A DNA stretch of 57,205 nt from a virus (lineage: Duplodnaviria > Caudoviricetes), in the IMG/VR virus record IMGVR_UViG_3300009151_000084, positions 1-57,205 of that record; one strand, 5' to 3'. Positions 32,639 to 42,683 of this stretch are shown here, piece after piece; position 1 is the first letter of the stretch, and the number at the start of each line of letters is the position of its first letter. The position numbers were made by a program, and so were the translations under genes. The notes under the pieces were generated by a model that was not told the DNA's origin, made no database searches, and saw only the letters and a list, made by a program, of their open reading frames with translations.

Positions 32639-35600
32639 CGACTATGTCTAAATTCTCCATTACAGAATCAGCCTCACCTGTGCTAATAGCCATCGAGCGT
32701 GCCAAGCGGCTGATCGAGGCGGAGAAGGCAAAGGCGCCAACCGTCATGACGCGCAGTGGCATCACCGATCTTGCTAACCGCGTGCGGCAGAGCGAGGGAC
32801 AGTACGGCGCCCAACGCGTTGAGCGGGCTGCGGACGAGATCCCGAACCTCGAGAAGCTGTATCAAGATCAAGCGTTAATGCGTGCATTCACTGGCGACAA
32901 CGCGCAAGGGCTGATGACAATGAAGCCATCGGACTTCGAGCGCTATGCGGCTCCGCTTGACGCTAACTTGTCAGGCAGAAGTTTGCAAAAGATTGCCGAT
33001 ATCACTGGCTTTCACAATAACGGTGGGTTTTCTGATGTGCCGTACCTAAACATTAATAAGATGCAGCAAGGCTCGACTGGCTTGCCTTACATCTCTGGGC
33101 ATGAGGGCAGGCACCGCAGCCGAGTAATGGATGCGGCAGGCGAGCAGGCAGGTCTGGTTCAGCTAGTACCGCGGTCGGAGCTGCGCGAGCCGTTCCCCCG
33201 TCGGTCGAGAGAAGACTACCTCGAGGCGCTCTACAAAGAGATGCAACTGACAGGCAACCGCGTCAAGCCACAGAGGTATGATGAACCCGTAACAGACTCA
33301 GCCGACCGCGTGATTGAGCTCCGTAGCAAACAACGCCCCACGATTGAGCTGCCAGAGTTCTACGCCGAGGGCGGCATGATCACCGATCAGCAGACCCCCG
33401 CGGTCGAGGCGCTCAAGCAGACGGTGCAGGACGACGGCGCCAACAAGATGCTGAACCTCGACCTCGCCAAGCTCGCGATCATGCATCAGCCGCAGCGCAT
33501 GGCAGGCGGTGGCGTGCTACACATGAGCAAGGCAGGCTCGGTAACAGACATGGCGGTGGCGGTCGAGAAGGCGAAGCGCAAGCTCTCTGCAGAAGCCGTA
33601 GAAAGGGCAGCGCAACGCGCACTGGATCGTGCTTCGGTCAGGGAACGGGAAGAGGCGGAGGGCTACTACCACCCGATCGGGGGCGGCAACAAGCTGACCA
33701 CGCCGACGAGCCAGATGTCAGCAGAGTATGCGCCTACCGCGGGGGTCAACATGACGCCGCAGCAAACCGTCAACCCAGAGAAGATAGTAGGCGGCGCAAG
33801 CGTACCGCTAGGTGGCGACGCAGCGTTGGGGGGCGTAGATCTGATTGGCATCAATGGCAGAAAATTGTCCGCACCTGTCACGCTGCAGGCGGGGGAAAGT
33901 TTCAGCAGGCAGAACCCCGGCGAGGGGTGGAGATCCCACCAGAACGTCATCAGCTTGCTAGACAATCGCATGCGCGACGCCTACGGCTTGGGCGCTGATA
34001 ACGTGTATGGGGCGTACACGTCGATGGGCCCGATCGCGGGCGACTTTAACCACATGACCACGCAAGCCCTGCTGCGACAGTTTGATCCAAAGACATTTAA
34101 GAAAGCGTTCGAGTTCAACAACGACGTTAGAACACTTGGCGCGTTGGATCCGAACACAGGAGCGATGGTTTACCACGGCAAAGACTTCGTCGGTCTACAA
34201 CACCCAGACCTCGAGAAGCAGTTGATGGATTACGGGAGCGGCAACCTTCGTAAGGTATTCCTCAACCGTGCGCAGATGGCAAGGTATCAGCGCGAGGGCA
34301 TGCCTGACGTGGCGTCCACTAGGTACGGTGTCAACGACCCGACCATGCTGAACACGCCGATCGGCACCGTTGGCAGGAGTATTTCTCAGTTCCCAAGGGC
34401 TGATAGACAAATCATATCGTCGCAGTACCCACCTCACGGTTCATACCCCGCAGGCTTGTATGGCGACTACGTTGGCGGTCTAGAACATCCAGTCTCCTAC
34501 AAAGACTGGTTTCATACATTCTTTGACCCACGCGTAGCCAAGAACGAAAGCCCTGCGAACGAGAATTTTGCATTCATGCGCTCTACGCCGATACAGCTCC
34601 ACACTCAACAGTGGCTTGATCGCGTGATGGGCTCCATCAAGAAGCAGCAGGATGCGCTGAAGCTAGGCACCTACGCAGAAGGCGGCGCCGTCCACATGGA
34701 AGACGGTGGCGACGTTGAGCTACCCACTGGCGGTCTATCGACTGACGTCGGCACCAACCCCCTAAGCATCTACAACCAGAACCTGCCCAAGCCTGAGATG
34801 CGCCTGCACGCACGGCGCAAGACCGCCCCCGATGGCGAGCCAAGCACGATGGACGTGGCGCGACAGCTAGGCATGATGGCGAAGGAGCAGGCAGGCGAGG
34901 AGTGGGACACCCTGAAGGCAAACCCTGTGCGCGGCGCCCTCGACATCCTCAACCGTGGCATGGTCGCAGGCAACGTCGGAGCGCCTGTCGACATTGTCAA
35001 CATGGGGCTGCAGGGCGTCAACTACCTGACAAAGAAGGCAGGGCTAGGTGGCGACTGGGCGTCTGAGAAGCCAGTGATGGGCTCGAAGTGGATCGAAGAC
35101 AAGATGAACGAGCTCGGCATCACGTCAGACAAACATTACCCCATGCTCGAGCTCGCAGCCAACTTCTTGAACCCCGTGGGAATCACCGCGGGGGCGGCGA
35201 AGGCGGCGCCAGTGATCGGCAAGAACGTGTTGATGCCTCTCGCGGAGAAGGGGCTGACGATGTTTGAGAAGGGGCAGTTGACGCCCGGCTTCAAACCCAT
35301 CTCCGAAGTATTCGCAGGCAGCACAGCAAAAGGCGCCGACCTCGCCGCCCGCGATACCGCCAAGGCACGCCTAGCGGCAGGCGAGGATCCCGCGCTTGTC
35401 TGGAAGGAGACAGGATGGGCAGCACCACCGTGGGCGCCGAACGACCTGCGCTTCGAGATCAGTGACCACGCCATGACCTCAAACGCCCCTGCGGCGGTTA
35501 ATGCAAAGCTTGATGCGCATAGCAGAAAGTTGGCAAATGTTTATTATGCTCAGGAAATTAAACGCAATGTCGCATCAGGTGATGCATTCGACGATGCCGT

Positions 35601-36504
35601 GGTAAAAGCCGAGGCTACTGTAAAAAACGCAGGGTTAAAGTTACCGATGACGCCAGAGGCTGAGGCTTTAGCCCGCGATCCTAACGTCACTCGCGCAGAA
35701 CTCGTCAAGGAGTTTGACAAGGGGAAGGTCAAAAAAATCTCCACCATTGGCAAGCTGTCTGGCAAACTAGACAAGTTCGTCGACCATGATGAGTTCTTTG
35801 CGGCGTACCCTGACTTTGCACAGAAGATCAAATTCAAAACTCTCAACGCAAAAGAGACGAACAGGCTGCACGGCTCCTTTAGTCCGTCAGATGCAGAGCT
35901 CTCAATGAGTGCTCCGCAATTGAGAAGCAAGCCAAACGATGCGCTCGATACAATCATCCATGAATTGCAGCACGGCGTGCAGTCGCGTGAGCGGTGGAAC
36001 AATGGTGGCAACTCTAGTAGCGTTACAGCCTATCCCTCCAATTACGATCCTGTCACCGCTCAGTCAAAACAGCAACTCACAGATATGATGGTTGCTGACA
36101 ATGGTAGGCTCGGCGATCTGTACAGGAAGGGGCAGACAACTAAGTTGAGTCCAATGGAGATTCAAGAGCTGAACCACCGAATCAGGAGCACTCCAGAGTA
36201 TTCAAAGTATCAGAAAGACGCACTAACCTTCCGACAAAGCGATACTCCGTACGCGCTGTACGAGCGCTTAGCAGGCGAGGCAGAGGCTCGGTTGGCGCAA
36301 GGGCGCAGAACGCTGAAGCCAAACGAGCGTCAGGATCAGTACCCCTACGACCCGCAACACTTCAAAAAGCTGACTGGTTATGACATTAATTCAATAATCG
36401 CCAACCCTGTCAGGGCGGCAAATAATTTCAGCAAAGGTGGCGCCGCAAGTCACCCGTCTGTTGAAGAGATGCGCATCGAGATGATGGAGCGTAAGCATGG
36501 CTGA
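32635..36504 (+). CDS. Giant multi-domain (polyvalent-type) virion cargo protein 1
   Basis: ParB-like HEGRHR; LPD23-like WKETGW...RFEISD; zincin HELQH...GEAEAR; several YAEGG/MEDGG linkers. Confidence 0.7.
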   Translation: MTTMSKFSITESASPVLIAIERAKRLIEAEKAKAPTVMTRSGITDLANRVRQSEGQYGAQRVERAADEIPNLEKLYQDQALMRAFTGDNAQGLMTMKPSDFERYAAPLDANLSGRSLQKIADITGFHNNGGFSDVPYLNINKMQQGSTGLPYISGHEGRHRSRVMDAAGEQAGLVQLVPRSELREPFPRRSREDYLEALYKEMQLTGNRVKPQRYDEPVTDSADRVIELRSKQRPTIELPEFYAEGGMITDQQTPAVEALKQTVQDDGANKMLNLDLAKLAIMHQPQRMAGGGVLHMSKAGSVTDMAVAVEKAKRKLSAEAVERAAQRALDRASVREREEAEGYYHPIGGGNKLTTPTSQMSAEYAPTAGVNMTPQQTVNPEKIVGGASVPLGGDAALGGVDLIGINGRKLSAPVTLQAGESFSRQNPGEGWRSHQNVISLLDNRMRDAYGLGADNVYGAYTSMGPIAGDFNHMTTQALLRQFDPKTFKKAFEFNNDVRTLGALDPNTGAMVYHGKDFVGLQHPDLEKQLMDYGSGNLRKVFLNRAQMARYQREGMPDVASTRYGVNDPTMLNTPIGTVGRSISQFPRADRQIISSQYPPHGSYPAGLYGDYVGGLEHPVSYKDWFHTFFDPRVAKNESPANENFAFMRSTPIQLHTQQWLDRVMGSIKKQQDALKLGTYAEGGAVHMEDGGDVELPTGGLSTDVGTNPLSIYNQNLPKPEMRLHARRKTAPDGEPSTMDVARQLGMMAKEQAGEEWDTLKANPVRGALDILNRGMVAGNVGAPVDIVNMGLQGVNYLTKKAGLGGDWASEKPVMGSKWIEDKMNELGITSDKHYPMLELAANFLNPVGITAGAAKAAPVIGKNVLMPLAEKGLTMFEKGQLTPGFKPISEVFAGSTAKGADLAARDTAKARLAAGEDPALVWKETGWAAPPWAPNDLRFEISDHAMTSNAPAAVNAKLDAHSRKLANVYYAQEIKRNVASGDAFDDAVVKAEATVKNAGLKLPMTPEAEALARDPNVTRAELVKEFDKGKVKKISTIGKLSGKLDKFVDHDEFFAAYPDFAQKIKFKTLNAKETNRLHGSFSPSDAELSMSAPQLRSKPNDALDTIIHELQHGVQSRERWNNGGNSSSVTAYPSNYDPVTAQSKQQLTDMMVADNGRLGDLYRKGQTTKLSPMEIQELNHRIRSTPEYSKYQKDALTFRQSDTPYALYERLAGEAEARLAQGRRTLKPNERQDQYPYDPQHFKKLTGYDINSIIANPVRAANNFSKGGAASHPSVEEMRIEMMERKHG

Positions 36505-39500
36505 TCCAGTCAAGGCAGCACAGGTCGTCGAGATGGCGCTTAAACGCGCTCGACAGGCAGCGAAGTCCGCTCGGATCGCCGAGTACAAGGATCCCGTCAC
36601 CACTAAGGCGGAAGACTGGAAGTGGAAGCCCCTTGAGGGAGTAGCGGACAAGCTAAAGATCGAGGCGGTGCCTGACTACATTCAGGGCGGCTACGGCGAC
36701 TTCATGAAGGAGCAGCTCAAGCGTGCGGAGAAGGGCGACCTCAACGCTCGAGATCTAATCAAGGCATACACGATCACGCAGGCGTCGATCGGTCGCGGTG
36801 GTCTGTCGCACTCGACGGCGACCAAGCACGGCTTGCGATTACCCAACACTGGCGAAGAGGTTCGTCCCGAAGGCGCGTTCGCTGAGTGGCTAGGTTCACC
36901 GATGGGGCAGCGCTACCTCAATGCTGCGGAGCTCGGCAAGCCAGACGCTGCTGCGATGCAACAATTGCGCACAATGTTCTCCCCTTACGGCAAGCAAGAC
37001 GATCAAGTCGCCAAGATGCAGTGGGCGGCGGACAACCTGCCGAACATGGCGAAGGATCTCAATGCGAGGGTAGCAGGCGGTCGCGACGAGTGGCGCGATT
37101 ACTCTGACAGCCTGCGAGGTATCGCTGCAGCGAAGTCAGGCTTCGTTGGCTCCCTGCTCGGACGTGGCGACATCCCCACGCTTGACGCACGTCAGATCAA
37201 TCTGCACACGACACCCGCACCAGTAAGCATGGGCTCGATTCAGAACCGCGGCAAGGGTACAGGTGGGCGTGAGCTCGTCGATCGCTTGGCGGCGCGTCAG
37301 GATGCGCTTGAGCTAGGATTAGACCCAAGCCTCGCCCCCTTCTATCAGCACCTCGGTCACCACGCGGTATGGGACAAGATCGGCGGCACCGAGACCACGC
37401 ACAACGACCTCATGAAGGCGATGCGTGGTTACGACAAGGGTGGCGCGGTTCATATGGAGGACGGCGGCATTACGCCACGCGCTTTCAGCTTTTCACCCAC
37501 AGATCGTGATGAGCATAATCGCAAGCTAGGATTGCCTGCTGAGTTCTATCGTTCAGGTCAAACCGATCCAACAATGCAGAGTTACGGCGCAGGTATGAGC
37601 GTTCCAGTTGGGGGCGCTAGGCTGACCGCCGATGCAATAGCATCACGCAATGCGCAGATGCGCGACACACTAGCAGGTATCATGCTCGGCGCTGAGTTTC
37701 CTGTCGGTAGCGGTACGCTTCGCGCTGAGATGATGCGACCAACAATGCAAGGTGCCTCACCTCAATATGGGTTGAGATACAGCAGACCATTTGCTGAAGG
37801 CGGTCAAGTGCAGCGCTTCGATGAGGGCGGCGACGTCAACCAAGCAGAGCTCGATCGCATGCGGCTAGAACTAGCCAACAGCCCTGTCATCCAAGCCACG
37901 CCACAGTCCACCACGCAGAAGATGATCGGCACGGTAGGTGGCTACATGGATCAGGCAGGCAAGTTCGTCAGCGAGGCGATGAAGCCTATTGCTGAGACGC
38001 ACCCGATCCGCACCTTCCTGACAGACATGATGATTGCGGATCCGCTCAAGAGCGCAGGCGCCGCGCTGCAGGACTATACGAAGACTAGCCGCGACATCAC
38101 CGAGGAGCAGCCCTACACCCGCAGCCCTGTCACAGGGAGCGGTCAGACGCTACGCCTTGACCCTCGCGTGCTAGACGTCGCACAGTTCGCGACGCCTGTC
38201 ATCAGGGGGGCGACCAAGCTTGCAGGGGCAGGAGCGAAGGCGGTGGCGCCGTTTGCGTCGAAGGTGGACGACATGGTGCGGGAGCTGTACGAGGCGGGGA
38301 CGCTTCCACAGCCGGGGTTGTCAATCAAAGACGTCACCCCCAAGGCTCTCGCCCCCGCCAATGAGCAGGGGTTCTACTCGCCTACTGAGGCGGCAGCACT
38401 GAACCTGCAGCGCAAGTCAGGCAACGGTCAGCAGTTCTTAAACGACATCCTGAAAGGCGATAACGTGCGCTCGGAAGAGGTCAGCAACATGGGGCTCGAC
38501 ACGTTCCTGAAAGACAAGAAGAACGTCACAGCGGCTGAGGTGCAGGACTTCATCGCGCAGAACAAGATGAGATTGGATGAATCGAGGTATGGGGCAGTTA
38601 AAGAAGACCCTGTTGGAATGGAAAAACGCAAAGAGATATTTGATTCTTATCAACCTGAAATTGATAGGCTATACAAAGAACATGATGCTTATTTTGACGC
38701 AGGGGACAATGCAGCTAGGCGCAAAGTTGAAGAGCAAATAATTAACGTGCAACTTAAAAGAAATTTAGAAGCCCATAGCGCGTATAAACTTCCTATTTCT
38801 AAGCATACAAGATTTGAAGATTGGCAACTCCCCGGCGGCGAGAACTACCGCGAGGTGGTGTTGACATTGCCACAAACGCCAGAGCATAGTGAGTTTGCTC
38901 GTCTTAATAAAAAAATGAATGAAGATGGTTTGCTTCCTGATGAAATGAATCGTTGGACGGAGTTAGGCGGTGATCTAGGCGCGGAAGGCAGACGTCAAGC
39001 TAAGGAAGGAAGGTATCGAACCCCTCATTGGGAGGACGTAAATCCCATCGCCCACATTCGTTTAAGCGACCGTGTGACTGACGGCAAGAAGACGCTGTTG
39101 GTTGATGAGGTGCAGTCTGACTGGCATCAGGCAGCGCGAGACATCAGAACCGCAGAGGTTAAACGGTTGGTTGAAACATACAATGTATCAAAAGAAGATG
39201 CGCAGAAAGCCGTGCCGAAAGATTATGGATATAGAATTGCTGACCCAGTAAAAAAGAATGCAGACGGCACGTTCACTGTGATTCAAAACGATGGCACGGT
39301 AATGAATTTTCCTGCCACAACAGACATTGACATGCTTCGAGGTAGTTTTGGAGCTGACGCAGGCGTACCTGACGCGCCTTACAAAGACGATTGGTATCAA
39401 CTTGCGCTCAAGCGTGCGGTCAAAGAAGCGATTGATGGCGGCTACGACCGTGTGGCGCTGCCAACTGGTGAACGTGTCGCAGATCGGTTTCAATTGACTC

Positions 39501-40099
39501 ATTACATCGATCGGATTGCCCACAAAAAAAATGCCGACGGTACATATAGCCTTGCTGCCGTTGACAAGGAAGGCAGACCTGCGTTGAATGACAAGAGCGT
39601 GCCGCAAGATAAATTGGCAGGCATCGTTGGTAAAGAAGTGGCTCAAAAAATTATTGATGCTGAAGGGAAGGGGTACCCGAAAGGAAGCGTTAGCGAAGAT
39701 ATGCTTATTTTGTCAGGTCTTGATCTAAAGACTGGCGGCGAGGGTATGAAGAAGTATTACGACGAGATCTACCCTAGCTACCTCAAGAAGTTCGGCAAGA
39801 AATACGGCGCAACAGTTGGCAAGACTGATGTTGTTACTGATAACAAAGCCAATGGAATTTTGGAAGCCAACGGAAAATTTTTTGTTATTTCAGATGATGG
39901 CATTAACTTCAAAGAATTTAATAATTACACCGAAGCGGCTAAGCATTTAGGCGTTGGTGTAGAACCCCTGCACTACATGGACATCACCCCCGCGATGCGC
40001 AAGGAGTTCAAGACAGGCATTCACATGAAGAAGGGCGGCGCAGTACACTTCGCTGACTCACTAGACGCAATGCGTCATGAATTAACAAAGGCTAAATAA
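36497..40099 (+). CDS. Giant multi-domain (polyvalent-type) virion cargo protein 2
   Basis: HhH-glycosylase-like N-terminal module; beta-rich module; GFYS...LPGGENYRE...DEVQSDWHQ module; xxxGG linkers. Confidence 0.7.
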   Translation: MADPVKAAQVVEMALKRARQAAKSARIAEYKDPVTTKAEDWKWKPLEGVADKLKIEAVPDYIQGGYGDFMKEQLKRAEKGDLNARDLIKAYTITQASIGRGGLSHSTATKHGLRLPNTGEEVRPEGAFAEWLGSPMGQRYLNAAELGKPDAAAMQQLRTMFSPYGKQDDQVAKMQWAADNLPNMAKDLNARVAGGRDEWRDYSDSLRGIAAAKSGFVGSLLGRGDIPTLDARQINLHTTPAPVSMGSIQNRGKGTGGRELVDRLAARQDALELGLDPSLAPFYQHLGHHAVWDKIGGTETTHNDLMKAMRGYDKGGAVHMEDGGITPRAFSFSPTDRDEHNRKLGLPAEFYRSGQTDPTMQSYGAGMSVPVGGARLTADAIASRNAQMRDTLAGIMLGAEFPVGSGTLRAEMMRPTMQGASPQYGLRYSRPFAEGGQVQRFDEGGDVNQAELDRMRLELANSPVIQATPQSTTQKMIGTVGGYMDQAGKFVSEAMKPIAETHPIRTFLTDMMIADPLKSAGAALQDYTKTSRDITEEQPYTRSPVTGSGQTLRLDPRVLDVAQFATPVIRGATKLAGAGAKAVAPFASKVDDMVRELYEAGTLPQPGLSIKDVTPKALAPANEQGFYSPTEAAALNLQRKSGNGQQFLNDILKGDNVRSEEVSNMGLDTFLKDKKNVTAAEVQDFIAQNKMRLDESRYGAVKEDPVGMEKRKEIFDSYQPEIDRLYKEHDAYFDAGDNAARRKVEEQIINVQLKRNLEAHSAYKLPISKHTRFEDWQLPGGENYREVVLTLPQTPEHSEFARLNKKMNEDGLLPDEMNRWTELGGDLGAEGRRQAKEGRYRTPHWEDVNPIAHIRLSDRVTDGKKTLLVDEVQSDWHQAARDIRTAEVKRLVETYNVSKEDAQKAVPKDYGYRIADPVKKNADGTFTVIQNDGTVMNFPATTDIDMLRGSFGADAGVPDAPYKDDWYQLALKRAVKEAIDGGYDRVALPTGERVADRFQLTHYIDRIAHKKNADGTYSLAAVDKEGRPALNDKSVPQDKLAGIVGKEVAQKIIDAEGKGYPKGSVSEDMLILSGLDLKTGGEGMKKYYDEIYPSYLKKFGKKYGATVGKTDVVTDNKANGILEANGKFFVISDDGINFKEFNNYTEAAKHLGVGVEPLHYMDITPAMRKEFKTGIHMKKGGAVHFADSLDAMRHELTKAK

Positions 40100-42681
40100 T
40101 GGCTACTCAAATGCCCATCCCGCAGGACTATGATCCGACGTCTGAGGACAGTAGCGCTCTAGATAACACCGCACTGACAGACATATTCAACGATGATGTT
40201 CAGCAAGAGGTTGAAGAGCAAGAAGACGGATCCGCGATCGTCCGCTTGGATGACTTAAAGACGCCTGAACAGTCGCCCTCGTTCTACGAGAACATGGTTG
40301 ATGACATCGACGCGTGGCGCCTGTCGACGATCGCGTTGAAGTACCTCGACATGATAGAGAAGGATAAGGAAGCCCGTGAAGGACGCGACAAGCAGTACGA
40401 AGAGGGATTGCGTAGGACTGGGTTGGGGCATGACGCCCCCGGCGGTGCGCAGTTCATGGGCGCCTCCCGCGTCGTGCATCCTGTCATGGCTGAGGCGTGC
40501 ATCGACTTCTCTGCGCGGGCGATTAAGGAGTTGTTTCCGCCTGACGGGCCCGTCAAGACAAAGATCAACGGCGAAGTAACCGAGGCTAAGACCACCAAAG
40601 CCGAGCGCAAGCGCGACTTCATGAACTGGCAGCTTACCGAGCAGATCGAAGAGTACCGCGACGAGGAGGAGCAGATCCTAACCCAGACACCCCTTGGCGG
40701 ATCGCAGTACATGAAGATCTGGCGCGACGATCAGAAGAAGCGCTCGTGCGTCGAGTTCCTGCCGATCGACAACGTCTACCTTCCCTACGCCGCGGGCAAC
40801 TTCTACACTGCTAGTCGCGTGACCGAGGTCAACAACATCACGCAAGAAGAGTTTGAGCTGCGCGTGTCGAAGGGTTTGTATGCTGACATCAGCATCTATC
40901 GATCGAGCGAGGAGCCTGAGCTCACCAAGCCTGAGAAGGCGAACGACAAGATCGAGGGCAAGAAGTCAGAGTACGAGAACATTGATGGCGTGCGCACCGT
41001 TTATCACATCTATACATTCATGGAGGAGGAGGATGACCGATTCTCCAAGGGTGAACGCGCCCCTTACATCCTGATGATTGACAAGAACACTTCCGAGGTC
41101 GTGGGTTTGTACCGCAACTGGGAGGACGGCGACAAGCAGATGTCCAAGCTTGACTGGATCATTGAGTTTAAATTCATTCCGTGGAGGGGTGCGTATGCGA
41201 TTGGGTTGCCTCATCTTATCGGTGGCTTGTCTGCTGCTCTTACTGGCGCTCTTAGAGCTCTGCTTGATTCTGCTCATATAAACACCAACCCGACGATGCT
41301 CAAGTTAAAGGGCGGCAAGGTGTCAGGGCAGTCGATTGTTGTTGAGCCCACGCAGGTGACGGAGATCGAGGGGGCGCCGGGGATTGACGACATCCGCAAG
41401 ATCGCCATGCCCATGCCCTTCAACCAACCAAGCCCAACCCTACTGAGTCTATTAGGATGGCTCACCGACGCCGCTAAAGGGGTCGTCACGACCGCCGAAG
41501 AGAAGATCGCCAACGTGAATGCCAATGCCCCTGTAGGCACGACGCAGGCGCTGATCGAGCAGGGCTCAGCAGTGTTCTCAGCTATTCACGCACGCCTACA
41601 TCAGTCGCAGGCAAAGGTGTTCAAGGTTCTGGCTCGTTTGAACCGTTGGTACCTCGACGAGGATGATATCGAGATGGCGAAGGAGCTCGGCGTGACAAGC
41701 GCTGACTTCGAGAAGAACGACGATATCGTGCCTGTGTCAGATCCGCATATCTTTTCGGAGACTCAGCGCTATGCTCAGGTTCAGGCTCTCGCGGCACGAG
41801 CGGCAGCGAATCCACAAATCTATAATCTGTTGGCTGTTGAGAAGCGAATTCTTAAACAGCTCAAGATTCCTGATACGAACGAAGTGCTACCTGATCCGCA
41901 GGATGTTAAGCAGATGAACCCTGCGCTCGAGAATGTGGCGATGACGATAGGGAAGCCCGCGGGGGCGTTCCCCGGTCAAGACCACCTCGCGCACATTCAG
42001 GTGCTTCTGGACTACGCCAAAGACCCGATGTACGGTTCCAACCCCATCATCGCGCCTGTGTTCATCCCCCGCGCCCTCGAGCACCTCAAGCAGCATCTGA
42101 CGCTCTGGTACCTCGACTCGATGGACAACTACACAAGCAAAGCGTTGGGTAGGCGCTTTGACATCCTGAAAGAAGAACCCATCATTAAGGAGGCTCAGCA
42201 ATTGCTCGCGGCATCATCGCAGCATGTCTTCATGGACGTCCCTCAGCAATTCAATGGCGTCGCGCCAGTCATGCAGCAGATGATGGGCATGATGCAGCAG
42301 CTTCGCCAACAGCAGCAGCCGCAGGATCCTAGCGTACAGGCTCTGGTACAGACTCAGATGGCTGAGACTCAGCGCAAGGCGAAGAATGACAACGATCGCC
42401 TACAGCTTGACGCAGCTAAATTGGCTGCAGACACTCAAGCCAAGCAAGAGAAGAACGTGGCTGACGAGCAAATGAAGGCTGCAGAGATCACGCACGATAT
42501 CAACGTGCTCACGCTCGAACAGCAACACGAAATGCAGCGTCAGCAACTGCAGGCGCAGCAACAGCAGCAACTTCAAGAACAGGCGGCGCAGCAAGCTCAA
42601 CAGCAAGCAATGCAGCAATCTGAGCAGGAGCAGCAAATGCAACAAATGCAACAAGAACCTCAACCTCAGCAAGGAGTTTAA
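40099..42681 (+). CDS. Portal protein
   Basis: F.GASRVVHPVMAEAC.DF.ARA.KELFP..GPVKT, YAIGLPHLIGGLS, APVGTT.ALIEQG; Gln-rich tail; follows the terminase region. Confidence 0.85.
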   Translation: MATQMPIPQDYDPTSEDSSALDNTALTDIFNDDVQQEVEEQEDGSAIVRLDDLKTPEQSPSFYENMVDDIDAWRLSTIALKYLDMIEKDKEAREGRDKQYEEGLRRTGLGHDAPGGAQFMGASRVVHPVMAEACIDFSARAIKELFPPDGPVKTKINGEVTEAKTTKAERKRDFMNWQLTEQIEEYRDEEEQILTQTPLGGSQYMKIWRDDQKKRSCVEFLPIDNVYLPYAAGNFYTASRVTEVNNITQEEFELRVSKGLYADISIYRSSEEPELTKPEKANDKIEGKKSEYENIDGVRTVYHIYTFMEEEDDRFSKGERAPYILMIDKNTSEVVGLYRNWEDGDKQMSKLDWIIEFKFIPWRGAYAIGLPHLIGGLSAALTGALRALLDSAHINTNPTMLKLKGGKVSGQSIVVEPTQVTEIEGAPGIDDIRKIAMPMPFNQPSPTLLSLLGWLTDAAKGVVTTAEEKIANVNANAPVGTTQALIEQGSAVFSAIHARLHQSQAKVFKVLARLNRWYLDEDDIEMAKELGVTSADFEKNDDIVPVSDPHIFSETQRYAQVQALAARAAANPQIYNLLAVEKRILKQLKIPDTNEVLPDPQDVKQMNPALENVAMTIGKPAGAFPGQDHLAHIQVLLDYAKDPMYGSNPIIAPVFIPRALEHLKQHLTLWYLDSMDNYTSKALGRRFDILKEEPIIKEAQQLLAASSQHVFMDVPQQFNGVAPVMQQMMGMMQQLRQQQQPQDPSVQALVQTQMAETQRKAKNDNDRLQLDAAKLAADTQAKQEKNVADEQMKAAEITHDINVLTLEQQHEMQRQQLQAQQQQQLQEQAAQQAQQQAMQQSEQEQQMQQMQQEPQPQQGV

Positions 42682-42683
42682 TC

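Noticed and set aside
42520-42672. CAG/CAA-rich tract as a microsatellite or contingency locus
   Set aside because: Mixed codons encoding the Gln-rich portal tail; not a pure repeat.
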